Below, in pieces: positions 13,496-25,985 of a stretch of 64,000 bases of DNA; positions within the stretch are counted from its first letter, which is position 1; each line of letters starts with the position of its first letter. Under the pieces are notes generated by a model, which worked only from the letters and a program-made list of their open reading frames with translations, did no database searches and had not been told where the DNA came from. The translations under genes were made by a program, and so were the position numbers. Source of the DNA: Sphagnum compactum (Eukaryota); contig OZ234493.1 of NCBI GenBank assembly GCA_965153455.1, forward strand, positions 13,444,213 through 13,508,212, in the 5' to 3' direction.

Positions 13496-14869
13496 AAGTG
13501 GTATTAGCCCTTGCAAAGAAAATGGTGAAGAACAAACAATTTTTGGAATAGATTTCTCATGCAAACAATGACGCAGTTCAACTCATGCTACGCCAATCGC
13601 CGCCACACTGACACTCGCAAAGTTAATTTTTCATAATCGGGTTTTTAAACATCCGCGGGAATGGACTTGGGCTGAGCCCCATTCCGGTACGTAACCCAGC
13701 TGGAGTGGATTATTCTGGGAACTCACTCGCAATCAACTTGTTGATTGCTGACTGACATTTTGAGGCTTGATTGCATCAATGTGGATCCGCCAACTCAGAT
13801 AAAAAAATTCTGGTTCGTAATCTGCCTAGGGAAGTGGAAGAATTATGCCATGACAACTACTTACACCCCTTTAGTTTAGTACAAGATGTCCGAATAGAAT
13901 TTAAGTCCTGGGTTTTGCATAATCCCTCCTCCTCCGAATCCACGAAGAAGATTAGGGGAAAAAATTGTGTGATTTTGTGAATTTGGTGTGACATGTGAAT
14001 TGTGTGTGCCTTAGAAGGAATTCTAAGGCACAACAAACACCAAATTCAATGGATTTAACATCAATATAGGTGCCCCACTTCTTTTGATTCGCTCAACTAA
14101 CCACTACCCACACAAGCCTTGTGATGCAAATGAGTTCAGAAGAATTGATTATTTTTTTTCTTTTTAATAATTATTAGGAAGTGTTTGCTAATAACTTGAT
14201 TTTGCTTTTTGGCTTTGATTATCAACACTCCCCCCCCCCCCCACAACACCCAACTAGTCCAAAGTGTTGGAAGTATCGATGTGCGACTCATGGCCTTTAG
14301 GGCATCTTAGATAGTCACCACTAATAACATTGCCCTGAAGAATTAGACCGACTCCCCCTTATAAGAAGAGTGGCCCGTAAATAAATTCCAAAATCTCGTT
14401 TTCATATTAGCTTTTGGGTTCTTGTTATGTTTTTTCTTTAATATTTGGGTTTTTAGGTCCAAATATTCTTGATGAGTCAAAAAAAAAAAAAAAAAGTTAT
14501 TGGAAACTAGCTTAAAGCATGGCATTCCCAAAATAAGCGCAACACCCCCTCAGCTCCACCCTATTAGGTAACGACCAAGGAGCATAGAGCCAAAACAGCT
14601 AACAACAATTTTTGACACCCCTCAAAAGAACTTACACAAGCAACCCACAAGCACACACAAAAAAAAAAAAAAAAAAAAAAACCTAAAATCAACCCAAAAC
14701 ATATATAATAAATATATAAAATTTTAAAACTCTGACATCAACAAGCAACAAAAAAAAAACTCATGACATAAGTTTGCAAAAGACTGAAACACAAAAGTTT
14801 AGAGCAAAGACTCCGCAAACAAAAAGACAAAAAGGAACAGACTGCAAAAAGACAAGACACACCCACATT

Positions 14870-15210
14870 ATAACTACTCTCTCTCTCCTCTCTCTCTCCC
14901 TTTGTCTCTTTGTCTTTCTCTCTCTCTCTCTTTCACTCTCACAGAGTACATACAAAAAGTACATCTTAGTAAAACACATCATCAAGGAGACAGAGAGAAA
15001 AAGAGACAGAGAGAGAGAGAGAAAGAGATTGTCAGAGGCACAAGGAAAAGGAGAATTCCAAATCCTTGGATTTCCCAAATTTCCCATCATCCACTTTTCA
15101 AGGGTGTGTGTGTGTGTTTTTTTCTACTTATTACATTGAAGGTATGTATGTATTAAGGAGCAGCCCTGTGGGTGTCTGAGAGAGAGAGAGAGAGAGAGAG
15201 AAAGAGATCT
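14870..15210. repeat. CT/GA/GT microsatellite cluster in the putative promoter/5' leader of the LRR-RLK
   Basis: (CT)n at 14877-14940, (GA)n at 14988-15028 and 15178-15207, (GT)n at 15104-15117. Confidence 0.85.
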
Positions 15211-15983
15211 GGAGTTCTAATTTGAGCGCCAAACTTCCCAAACTGATGATGATGAATTAGAGCACCACCAGTAGAAAGACACAGAGCTCAGATCACAGCA
15301 GCATGCATCTGCAGCAGAAGAAAGCGCAGCTAACTTTAGCAGCAGCTGTTCAGAGCTCCCTCCCACTACTACTACTACTACTACAAAAACCATCACCACC
15401 ACCACCACTACTAGTACTACTTATTAGGCTAGTTCTAGACTCTATAAGAGCTGCTGTTGCTGCTGCTGCTTCTGCTGCTGCAACAACAAAAAGGATTGTC
15501 ATTTAATGCTGTGGCCACACCCACCACAGATGTGTTTCCACATTGTCTTCCTTTTTCCCTTGCTGCTGCTGAGCTGAGCTCCCAGCTCTCAGATCAGCTC
15601 AGCTCCCCCCTATCATCAATCACTGAGCATAGATTCTGTGCTGCAGAATGCCATCAATTGCTCTCCTGCTCACTCCTGACACTCCAATCAATGATCATTC
15701 TACTCTAATACTTTTTGCACACATAATATTATGCACCAAGTGATCTTTGCTTGTATCCCATCAATCATAATGACGATGATAATGATGATCAGATTCACTG
15801 CTCTCTTCTTGCATTTGGCAGCTAATTATCTATAGCTCCAGCTCCAGCTCCTTCTTGTTGTATTAGTAGCTGTAGTTGCAACGAAATTATTATTTGTATT
15901 AGTGTGTGATCACAACCTCTTCTTTCTTTCTCACTAGCTAACTGCAGATTATTATTTCATGCACTACTTACATGTAGCAGGAG

Positions 15984-16040
15984 GAGTAGTATAGTAGTAG
16001 TAGTAGTAGTAGGAGGAGGAGGAGGAGGAGGAGGAGGAGA
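15984..16040. repeat. (TAG)n(GGA)n compound microsatellite
   Basis: agtagtagt... followed by aggaggagga... read directly. Confidence 0.9.
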
Positions 16041-16643
16041 AGGAAGAAGAGGACGAAGAGGAAGAGCTGGAAGACTAGCTAGCACTCAGGTGCTTAGCAG
16101 CCAGTGGCCATGAGCAGGCTTCTTCCTGCTGCAGCAGAACTATAATTGGGTTTTTGTCAGAGCTGCTGCTGATAGTACTACTGGGTGTGTTGACTCCTGA
16201 TGATCTGCATCATCATCATCTGTCTTTTGTTCTTGGTATTTTAGTCAGCGCTGCTGCATCAGACTAGAGGCGAAGAAACAAAAAGTAGCTCTCAGCCATG
16301 CGCATAGATTTCAAAATCTATGAGCCCAGGCGGTGTTGTAATAGGAACTGTTATTCCAAGATCCTCAAAGCAAGAGACACAGAGAGAGAGAGAAAGAGAG
16401 AGAGAGATAGAGTGTGTGTGTGTGTTTTGAGAGAGAGTGGAAGAGAAGAGACAGGATCATCTTCTTGCATTTTTCTGGTTTGCACTAAGTGGCTGTAGAA
16501 GGAGGAGCATTGGGTGAGAAAGGGATGATGAAGAGAGTTCATTCCTGAATGCAGGCATGAAAGGGGAGGTGATGAAGACTTAGAGAAGACTTGCTGCTGC
16601 ATCATAGCAAGTCTTGGGAAGTAGTATATTGTGGTAGCGCACA

Positions 16644-19600
16644 ATGGACATCAGCAGCAGCCCAGGGACCAAGTTTGTGTTTCTGATCCTCTGTTGGCTG
16701 GTGTATGTTGCAATGGTGCTTGCTGCTCAGCAGCAGCTGGCCATGGCTGCTGTCACCCAGCAGCTGTCCAAGGAAGGAGCAGCTCTCATTGGCCTCAAGG
16801 GGAAGCTGGTGGATGTCGATGGGCATCTGGACAACTGGAAAGAAGCAGCTACAGGATCAGGAGCTGCAGTGCCTGCTGGAATTCTGAATCCCTGCTCATG
16901 GACTGGGATCAAGTGCAGCAGGCTGAATAGCAGCGTGATCAGCCTGGATCTCTCCTCCATGAGCCTCACAGGCTCGCTCTCAGGCCCAGACTTGGGCCAA
17001 CTCAAGAACTTGGTCAACATCTCTGTCGATTGCAACAACCTCACTGGTGACTTGCCGGCTGAGATTGTGACTCTCCCCTTTCTGCAATACATCAATGTCT
17101 CCAACAACAATTTCAGCAACTACTTCCCTTCCAACTTCTCCCAACTCCAAAACCTCCAGGTATGTAAGAAGATTATATACGAGTTCACTCTCTCTTCAGC
17201 TTCCTCCTACACTGATCATACCCACTCTCAAGAATCTGTTCCTCTCTGGATTGGAATTGTTACAAGGAAAGTGTATGGATCATGTCCCAGCAGCTCCTGT
17301 AGAAGTGATAAATCGTGATCTCTTCTGCATTGTTGTTTCTTCACCATCAGAACAATGTAACCACTTTCTGAGTTAAAAAGTACTATGCCCATTGACATGT
17401 TTTTCATGTTTGTAACAAACATTGCATGTCATAGTTGAGCCACCTGCAAGCTTCGATCAAGAATGTATTGATCATGGGTATGGCTGGCATGAGTGTTGCA
17501 CTGGATGATGATTGATTGATTGTTGATTGGTTGGTTGGTTTCGAACAAATTTCTTTTGGCTGGCAGGTGTTGGACTGCTTCAACAACAACTTCTCTGGGC
17601 CACTCCCCCCGGATCTATGGAAAATACCTTCCCTCAAACATTTGAGCCTGGCAGGAAACTATTTTGATGGAAACATTCCAGTTGAGTATGGCAACTTCCC
17701 AAGCCTGGTTTACTTGGCCATCAGTGGCAATTCCCTCACTGGAGTTATCCCTGAAGAGCTTGGAAATCTTTCAGGTAAGAATCTCTTCCTAACATTTGTT
17801 TCTGGTAGCAAAATATATATATTACACTCTCTCTACCTGCATGTAAATATAACTATTAGGTACCCATCACTCATTCATGCAGTCTCAGTACAAGAGAATG
17901 TGGTTTTTCTCAAACAAAAAACCGCGACTCATGACACATGTGAGGTATAAACTTTGTGGTTTCATCCATTACAGTGTACAATATGTGGTGTTTATTGTGG
18001 CATGTATTGCAATAAAATGGCAATTTAATGTTAGGTAATAGCACATATTACATTTGTGCCACATGTGTAATGAGCTGCAGCTTTTTGTGTGAGAAAAACC
18101 ACATTCTCTTGTAGTGGCAGCAGCTTAAGTTGTTCAATTCTATCTTCAAAGTCCAAAGAGTCAAGAGATAAATGTACTATCCAAAAATGAAAAGGGGGTG
18201 CTCATGATGTTCTCCACTTGGAGAGGAATAATTCTGCTTCAGTAAACCATGTTAGTATATGCACTGAAAAAAAATTTGCGTCTGGTTGGTCATCTCCAGA
18301 GCTCGAGGAACTGTACATGGGTTACTACAACACTTTTTTGTTTGACATCCCAGCAAGCTTTGGCAACTTAACCAAGCTTGTGCGGCTAGATCTGGGCGAG
18401 TGTGGACTCAATGGGTCACTTCCAATTGAGCTTGGGAATTTGGTGAACCTTGACTCGCTCTTTCTACAGCTCAATAGCTTCACAGGTGCAATCCCATCCG
18501 AGTTTGGCAACCTGGTGAACTTGAAGTCACTTGACCTTTCTTACAATAATCTGACAGGCGAGATCCCACCCACTCTAGTCTACTTGCAAAAACTGGAGCT
18601 GTTAAGCCTTATGAACAACCAAATTGAAGGCACCATTCCTGCTTGCTTGGGTGACCTCCCCAATTTACAGGTGATCTGTCTATAAACCTTCTTGATAAGC
18701 TCTTGAAAAGAAAGTCTAAGTCTTGAAAAGTGATGAGTGATGTGCAGTTTTTCCTGAGCTTTTCAGTAGCTATTCAACTGATGCAGAAAGTTCTCTGTTT
18801 GCTTCTCTAAAATACATTTAACATGGTTTTGACAGGTGCTTTATTTGTGGAAGAACAAGTTGGTGGGAACCATTCCTCAGACACTTGGACAAAACACAAA
18901 TCTTACACTTCTCGACCTGTCTTCCAATTTTCTCAACGGGACGATTCCACAAGATTTATGCATTGGCCAAAAGCTTGAATGGCTAATATTGCAATACAAT
19001 CAGCTCACAGGTCCCATACCTGAGAGCTTGGGAAACTGCCAGAGTCTAACAAAACTGCGCCTTAGCTACAACTTGCTTAATGGGTCGATCCCAACAGGAC
19101 TGCTAGGACTTCCAAATATCTCAATGGTGGAGGTCAAGGCCAACAACATCACTGGGCCAATCCCATCCACATTCATTTCTGCTCCATTGTTGGGATACTT
19201 TGATTTTTCTGACAACTATCTGTCAAGCAGTTTGCCAGCAAGTATTGGGAACCTCCCAAACCTTCAGCAATTCCTGCTATCAGGCAACCAGTTCAGTGGG
19301 TTGATCCCACCCCAGATCTGTGACATGCCTCTTCTGAACAAACTGGATCTGAGTTTGAACAATTTCTCGGGCCCAATTCCATCAACAATATCCAACTGTA
19401 AGAAACTTGGGTCCCTTGATTTGAGCTGGAACAATTTGTCGGGTGAGATTCCTCTCCAAATCGAGTACATACCCGATCTCTACCTCCTCAACCTTTCTCA
19501 CAACCATTTGTCAGGTCAGATCCCACCACAATTGCAGCTGGTTCAAACTCTGAGCATCATTGACTTCTCCTACAACAATCTTTCTGGACAGATACCGCAT

Positions 19601-22011
19601 TTCGACTCAACCAACATAAGTGCCTTTGTGGGGAATCCATTTTTGTGTGGGGATGTATTGCCATCATGCAACCTTCAATCTTCTGCCCCAGCCCCATCTC
19701 TCCAGCATCCTAAACAACATGATACGGGCCTTCTATCATGGCTGGTCGGGGTGTTATTCTCAGCTGCTTTCATCGTGTTACTTGTGGGCATGTGTTGCTT
19801 TTTCCGAAAGTACCACTGGTACATCTGCAGATATTTCCAAAGGAAACCGACGGTCCGCCCGTGGAAATTAACTGCTTTCCAGCGCTTGGATTTTTCAGCT
19901 ACAGAGGTACTAAAGCAAAGCATGAAGAGCTGCTCTTCACATGCTGTCACAAAAACAATTTCAAACGAGAGTTTGAATGTCAATCTAATGACTTTAATAA
20001 AGTTATAAGAAAATTGTTGCAAATTTTTTTTGCACAAAGTATCTTCTCTTGGCTCCATTTTTGTTGTTCTAATGATCTCATTTGGGGAAAATGTCTCCAG
20101 GTGCTTGATTGCTTGACAGAGGACAACATAATTGGTCGTGGTGGGGCAGGAACTGTTTACAAGGGTGTCATGCCCAGTGGTGAGATTGTGGCAGTCAAAA
20201 GACTATCTGGAGAGGGGAAAGGGGCATCCCACGATCATGGCTTCTCTGCTGAGATTCAGACACTGGGGAAAATCAGGCACCGCAATATTGTGCGGCTTCT
20301 CGGGTGCTGCTCTAACCATGAGACCAATCTGTTGGTATATGAGTATATGCCAAAGGGTAGTCTTGGGGAGCTTCTTCACAGTAAGGAAAAATCGGGCCAT
20401 CTCGATTGGGATACAAGGTCAGAAATTCTGGTCCCTAGAATTAATTAGATCACACTAATTAACTTACTAACACTGGTGTTGATTAGCACTTGACTAAGAG
20501 CGGCTCCACGAGTGCTCAGTATGTGGCCCTGCAAAAGAAAATTGGATGAAGAAAAGTCAAAACATGCCAGTTTAGCTCAGCAAAATGGTTTTAGCTCAGC
20601 ATTTTTTAACAGGATGCAGAGGCTGGTAAAAGGCACAACAAAGCCTAACACCTGCTGTTGATTGGCTAGATAGTTTGATTGGTCCCAGTGGGTTGCTATT
20701 AGTAGTCTCCCACCTATTTGCAGTCCCAATTTTAGTTTTATGGGTGAGGTTGGAAAAAAAAAGTAAGTAACTAAACTTGGATATGAGAAATATTTTTGCA
20801 GAGTCACACATACTGAGCAATTGCTGGAGATGCTCTAATCACCATTTAGTTGTTGTCTTCACGACTGTTGTTGATTAGCACTAGATTAATTACCAGTTGT
20901 CGAAGATTCACAGCTGTTTAACACAGACTTAAACACGATTTCCGTTTTGTGGCTTGTATGTAAAACAGGTATAATGTTGCATTACAAGCAGCACATGGTC
21001 TGTGTTACTTGCACCATGATTGTTCCCCGCTCATTGTGCACCGAGATGTGAAATCAAACAACATTTTACTTGACGACAATTTCCAGGCACATGTGGCCGA
21101 TTTTGGACTTGCCAAATTCTTTCAGGGCACTGGGAAGTCAGAATCCATGTCGTCAATAGCAGGCTCATATGGTTACATAGCCCCAGGTTTATTATAACAT
21201 TCTCATCTCTTTTTGTTTTTTCTGTTCACTACTATACATGATCCTCGAAGTTTATCAAAAAGCATACAATGGGTGATCACATGAGGAAAATGTCAGGAGT
21301 TTAGCTTACATTGTTCCTTCAATTTATAATGCTTACTTTGGTTTGTGGGGTTTTCTCTCCTCATGTAGAGTATGCATATACGCTGAAGGTGAATGAGAAG
21401 AGTGACATCTACAGTTTTGGGGTGGTGTTAATGGAGCTTTTGACTGGAAACCGACCCATCGAGCCTGATTTTGGGGATGGAGTGGATATAGTGCAATGGG
21501 TTAGGCGGAAAATCCAGACAAAAGATGGTGTCCTTGATATACTTGATCCAAGAATGAGTGGAGTTGGAGTCCCACTCCAGGTAAAAACAAAAACATCAAT
21601 CAATGTTTGTTGAATGCCATGCACTTTGTCTTATTTCAAAATGTGGTTTTCTTCTTTGGTTCCCACAAAGATTGAGTTTTGACAGTTGCTCAAGTAATTT
21701 GCTTTCTGAGCAACTAGAGAACCCATTCTTTGTGCCTGTAATTATCGGTTATTAATCAAGAAATTAATCTTGGGATGAATACTTTTGTTGGTAATTTACA
21801 GGAGGTGATGTTGGTCCTCAGAGTCGCATTATTGTGCTCCAGTGATCTACCAGCAGACCGGCCAACCATGAGAGATGTGGTGCAAATGCTGTCAGATGTG
21901 AAGCCAAAGAGCAAAGGGAGCAGTCTTGCAGACTCTCGTGAATTGATGATGGCATCAGATCTTCTGAAGAAGAATGATAATCTTCAACTTACGGTATGTG
22001 AGCAGAAGTAG
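16644..22011 (+). CDS. CLV1: CLAVATA1/BAM-like leucine-rich-repeat receptor-like kinase (LRR-RLK XI), 8 exons, 1040 aa
   Basis: Exons 16644-17159, 17567-17774, 18300-18670, 18836-19906, 20101-20417, 20969-21186, 21369-21580, 21802-22011. All introns are GT-AG, phases are consistent and the total is 3123 nt. Features: hydrophobic signal segment, CSWTGIKC N-cap, plant LRRs including the CLV1/BAM-type LYMGYYN, GNPFLCG C-cap, TM helix, [11 protein letters not shown] juxtamembrane, and kinase motifs [11 protein letters not shown] / VAVK / [25 protein letters not shown] / HRDVKSNN / DFG / [16 protein letters not shown]. Confidence 0.95.
17886..18116. mobile_element. CACTA (En/Spm)-type MITE in intron 2 of the LRR-RLK
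   Basis: Right end reverse-complements to CACTACAAGAGAATGTGGTTTTTCTCACACAAAAA. Left end is CAGTACAAGAGAATGTGGTTTTTCTCAAACAAAAA. The IR extends ~55 bp. A 3-bp TSD is not evident. Confidence 0.8.
20498..20835. mobile_element. Tourist/PIF-Harbinger-like MITE, copy 2, in intron 5 of the LRR-RLK
   Basis: TIRs GAGCGGCTCCACGAGTGCTCAGTATGTG ... CACATACTGAGCAATTGCTGGAGATGCTC. TAA TSD at 20495-97 and 20836-38. Confidence 0.9.
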
Positions 22012-24698
22012 CTTTAAAACTGCTACCACCTGCGGCACTTGTTTTGCAAGTGGAATCCTGAGCTTTGTTATATTCGAATGCATTATAGACTCTTGGGTTG
22101 ATTGCTCATGTACATTACAGCCAGTGTAGAGGGTTTTGTAGAGCTTGAAATGGGTGCGAGAATTCTATCTTTTACAGTTGGTTAAGTGAGCTGAAAGATT
22201 AGAATTTGGAAATGTTTTCGGATTAGGAAATAGGGGGAACTAGTAGTCTTGTGTGTAGATAGCATACAGTTAGTTGCTGCTCTTTGTTTTCTTGTGTTTG
22301 CAGCACACACACTAGGAACAATGCCACACCTAAATGCACAACTTGAACATCTGCATCAATTTCATTTTCAACACAAAAAACTGGAAAACAAATCTTTGGA
22401 AATCACAAGAGTACCACATCTGTGGAATGATTTGTGCTCGCCTTCTACATTACATTCTTGGATGCCACATATGGAAATCAAACAAAAGAATACTTATGTT
22501 ATATTATGTGGCAAAGTGGGTATGTTTTGTTGGCTACATACATACATACCATGTACATGATGTATATATATGATACATCCGCATTGTCTATAGGGATGTC
22601 TAGTATGGGTACTAGCTACCACTTGAAGATGGTTTAATCTTTTTTCTTTTTTGGATGTTGCAAGAATAAATTCGTATTCACTTTTTGGAAATGAATTTTC
22701 TCAACATGCCCATTTTAGTTAAATCATGTTAATTCAATTGTTGTTTGACAATGCATCCATTTATGAAAGCAATCACATGTGATCCATATATACCATGGAT
22801 GAATTACTTAGAAATATGTGATTATGTGGGTAATTGTCAAATTAATGAATATTGATTATAATTTTGGTTGCATGAATCTTGCACCAAGAAAGTACCAATT
22901 GAATTTTTGAAATGTCAACAAATGGGACAAAGATTCCCGCAAAGTTCATTAAGCTTCAATTGACATAAAAATATATATATATATATATGCTACTAAAATA
23001 TTCATACTAGATATTTTAAATATTCATCATACCATTCTATATACAAACATATCGACATGTACGATTGATGGAACATACTTGGCAATATGTTTATATATCA
23101 AATTGTGAGTTTGGTAGTTGAAGGTCATGTTCCACTAATATAAGCATTTGATGCTCAACTATTACAACATTTTGGTCCACACTTATGTTGGAACCTTTGC
23201 ATTGGGTTTACAACCAAAGCTAAAAGGGCATGACTTTGGACTAGGGATTGAATCAAAGGGCTTTGAATAAACTATGATGTTGGATTTTTGTCAAAGTGCA
23301 TCAAATATGTGATGTCTCCAATGGAACTCCTTATAATGAATGAAGACATTGACCATCCTTCTAATAAAAATGTTCCAATAATTATAATTGTTGGCATGTT
23401 GACCTTATGCTCACAATGAACATTAGGAAGCAAGGGATTGTTCAAAGCAAAGATAAGTCATTGGCTTTGGTGAAAGGCAATGGGTATGAATGATTTATTG
23501 TTTAGAGAAGGCAACATGTGGGTTCACAAATATTTGATTATGAAAGAAGGAAAATGTATTTCGCTTATATTGAGTAAGTTTCCAAGAGTATTTATATTCA
23601 AGGAAGAAGCACCTAGGTGGCCCAAAAGGTATGTCTATATCCTAAGAGGTATGTCCTTGAGATAATGAATAAACATCTTTCTATAGATCTTACCTTGTTT
23701 ATATTCTAAGAGATATGCTTGAGATAATGAATAGACATGTTTTTATAGATCATGTGAAGCTAGCCAATTAGACTAACTAACTTATTAAAATGAGTCGTTA
23801 CAACAAAAATGGATAGACTTTTGAGACTTTCAAAACACATTCCTTATTTTGAATCCTATGAGTCATGAACATTCTAATCATAATTTGAAAGGGCAAAGCA
23901 AATCATGTTTGAATGATGTAATGTTGATGTCTTTTTAAATTATTTCAAAAGAGGATAAGATATTAACTTTGCATGTGTAATGCATTCCCAATAAATTATG
24001 TGCATTTGAATTTTTGGAATGTTAACTATCCAAACTTGAATAAGGATTTCCTTCAACAATATGATTTTAGTTCACATGGGCACCTTTGTAAGTATATATG
24101 CAAGGAAGTAGTGCCCATGGAAAGTTATGGAAGTAGATACATTAGAGAGTAGTGCCTCTTTCAAGAGTTTTATTTGTCCTAATTCTAGGATAAATCTTGA
24201 TTTTGAGTTGGGCTCAAAGAAACTAAACGCCTTTCAAATTTTGCTTTGTGTACATGTGAAAAGGTTGAAGATCTTGTGCTAACGAAACAATATGTTGTCA
24301 GTGTGTTTCCAATGTTTTATTACTTGAATCTAATCATGAGGATTTAAACAACAGATTCAAGCCTTTATGAAGTTTTCATTACATGTATTCTATTGCAAAA
24401 TTTTGTTCATGCCGTTTAGAAAGCCTAAAGGGCACTTAAATCCACACACTTGAATTTGCTACATTGGCCTTTAATATTGACATTGTTGTTTTCTTAAACG
24501 TATGTTCAGCTTGACCTTTGAAAATGAAATAACAATGTTTTTGTAATTGGCTTTTATATGTTTGTATAAAAGTGTTTCATCCATTAAATGTACAAAACTT
24601 TAATTCACATGCATGAATTTTGTGACATCCATCATGTCATGAATTCATGGTGTGCATAGATAAACATAATGTATTAAATGTGTGGTAAATAATCTATA

Positions 24699-24702
<4 letters not shown>

Positions 24703-24731
<29 letters not shown>
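24703..24731. repeat. (TA)n microsatellite
   Basis: Direct reading. Confidence 0.95.
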
Positions 24732-24733
<2 letters not shown>

Positions 24734-25139
24734 AAAATAATACATCTCATGGTCCTTGATTAAGATTATACACAAAATATACCTATTTCAATAACGTAGG
24801 CAAATTATTTAAGTCCATTGATAATCAATCCATAGATATAAAATCTTCAAATAAACCAATGTCAAATAGAAATACAATTTTTTGCTATTATACAATACTT
24901 ACAAGAAATCACAGTTTTTTAGAAAAATCAACTTTAATAAAATGTCCACATTGACTAAATGGAATGTTTGCTTTGATAAAAGGCCTAAAGCATGAAAAAT
25001 ACATCATTCTTTTGATTAGTAATATTGAGTAAGTGACATTTTTGAATAGGTGTCAATCTAAACATTTAGTCAAAAAGGACAAAACATTAAAAAGTCAATC
25101 AACATGGCCAAGGCTTAATCAAATTGGCCATACCTACCA

Positions 25140-25860
25140 AGAAATGTTTAACCTACACTACCTCCCTAACCTATAAGCTCCATACATAATACATAGGTAG
25201 GTGGGTGGGTAGGCTATGTTTGGCCTAAATAGGTATGTACATGTAATCGATAGGTAGATGGTTAGTACATTTACTTACAATACTATAGGAAATTTCAATT
25301 CTTGAAAAACACTTGGTTTAATACTTGTTAGGACTAGTCTACCTACCTTTAAGCCTAATATGTTAATCAAACTAAGCTAGGTAGATAATTTAAGTTTAGT
25401 TAATAGGTCAGTTAATTATGTTAGGCTAAATAAATAATCAATGCCTAGTTAATAGCCTAGATAATTAAATTAGATTAATAGGTAAGTTAAGCTAGGTAGG
25501 TAGTTTAGGCTTAATAGGTTAATTTAACTAGGCTAGGTGAGTAACCTAAGCTTAGGTAATAGGCCAACTAGTTGTGTTAAGCTAAGTAGATAACCTATGC
25601 CTAACTAGTATGCTAACTAATTAGACTAAGTAGGTAGCTAAATTAGGTCAGGTCGGTAGCTTAGGCCTAATAGGTCAAGTGTGCAACCTAAATCTAAGCC
25701 TAGTTAATAGGCTGGGAAGGTAAATGTAGTAGGTAGATAGATGGCCAATTTACCTATTTACTATACCTACCTACCTACTTACCTATATATTACCTACTTA
25801 CTTACCTCCCTCCAAACTTACTACTACTTATTACCTATTATTGTACCTACTTATATATCA
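25140..25860. repeat. Degenerate TAGG/ACCT/CTAG-rich low-complexity tandem region
   Basis: Recurrent taatagg / ttaggctaagtagataa / taggtag units, then an (acct)n tract at 25765-25850. Confidence 0.6.
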
Positions 25861-25915
25861 AGATTTGGAATAAACTTGTCGATTGAATAAATTGACAAAA
25901 AAATCCCCTTATAAT

Positions 25916-25985
25916 GGGGTGGTCCATTGGTTAAGGACTTGGTTTATTTTCAAAGAGGTGAGTGGTTCAACTTGCATTTGTGACC
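25916..25985 (+). mobile_element. tRNA-derived SINE-like head (degenerate Pol III A/B boxes)
   Basis: GGGGTGGTCCATTGGTTAAGGAC (A-box-like TGGTCCATTGG) and GGTTCAACTT (B-box-like) ~45 nt apart. No foldable cloverleaf is evident. Confidence 0.35.

Noticed and set aside
14761..15708. Several 60-120-aa ORFs (ERER/LSLS/VVVV/AAAA-rich)
   Set aside because: Translations of microsatellites.
19738..20100. N-terminal part of the 236-aa track ORF as a separate kinase gene
   Set aside because: It is an alternative frame of exon 4 plus intron 4. Only 20101-20417 is coding (exon 5 of the LRR-RLK).
22700..24500. Possible decayed transposase/LTR pieces
   Set aside because: Looks TE-derived, but no motif could be identified with confidence by eye. 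It needs BLASTX/RepeatMasker.
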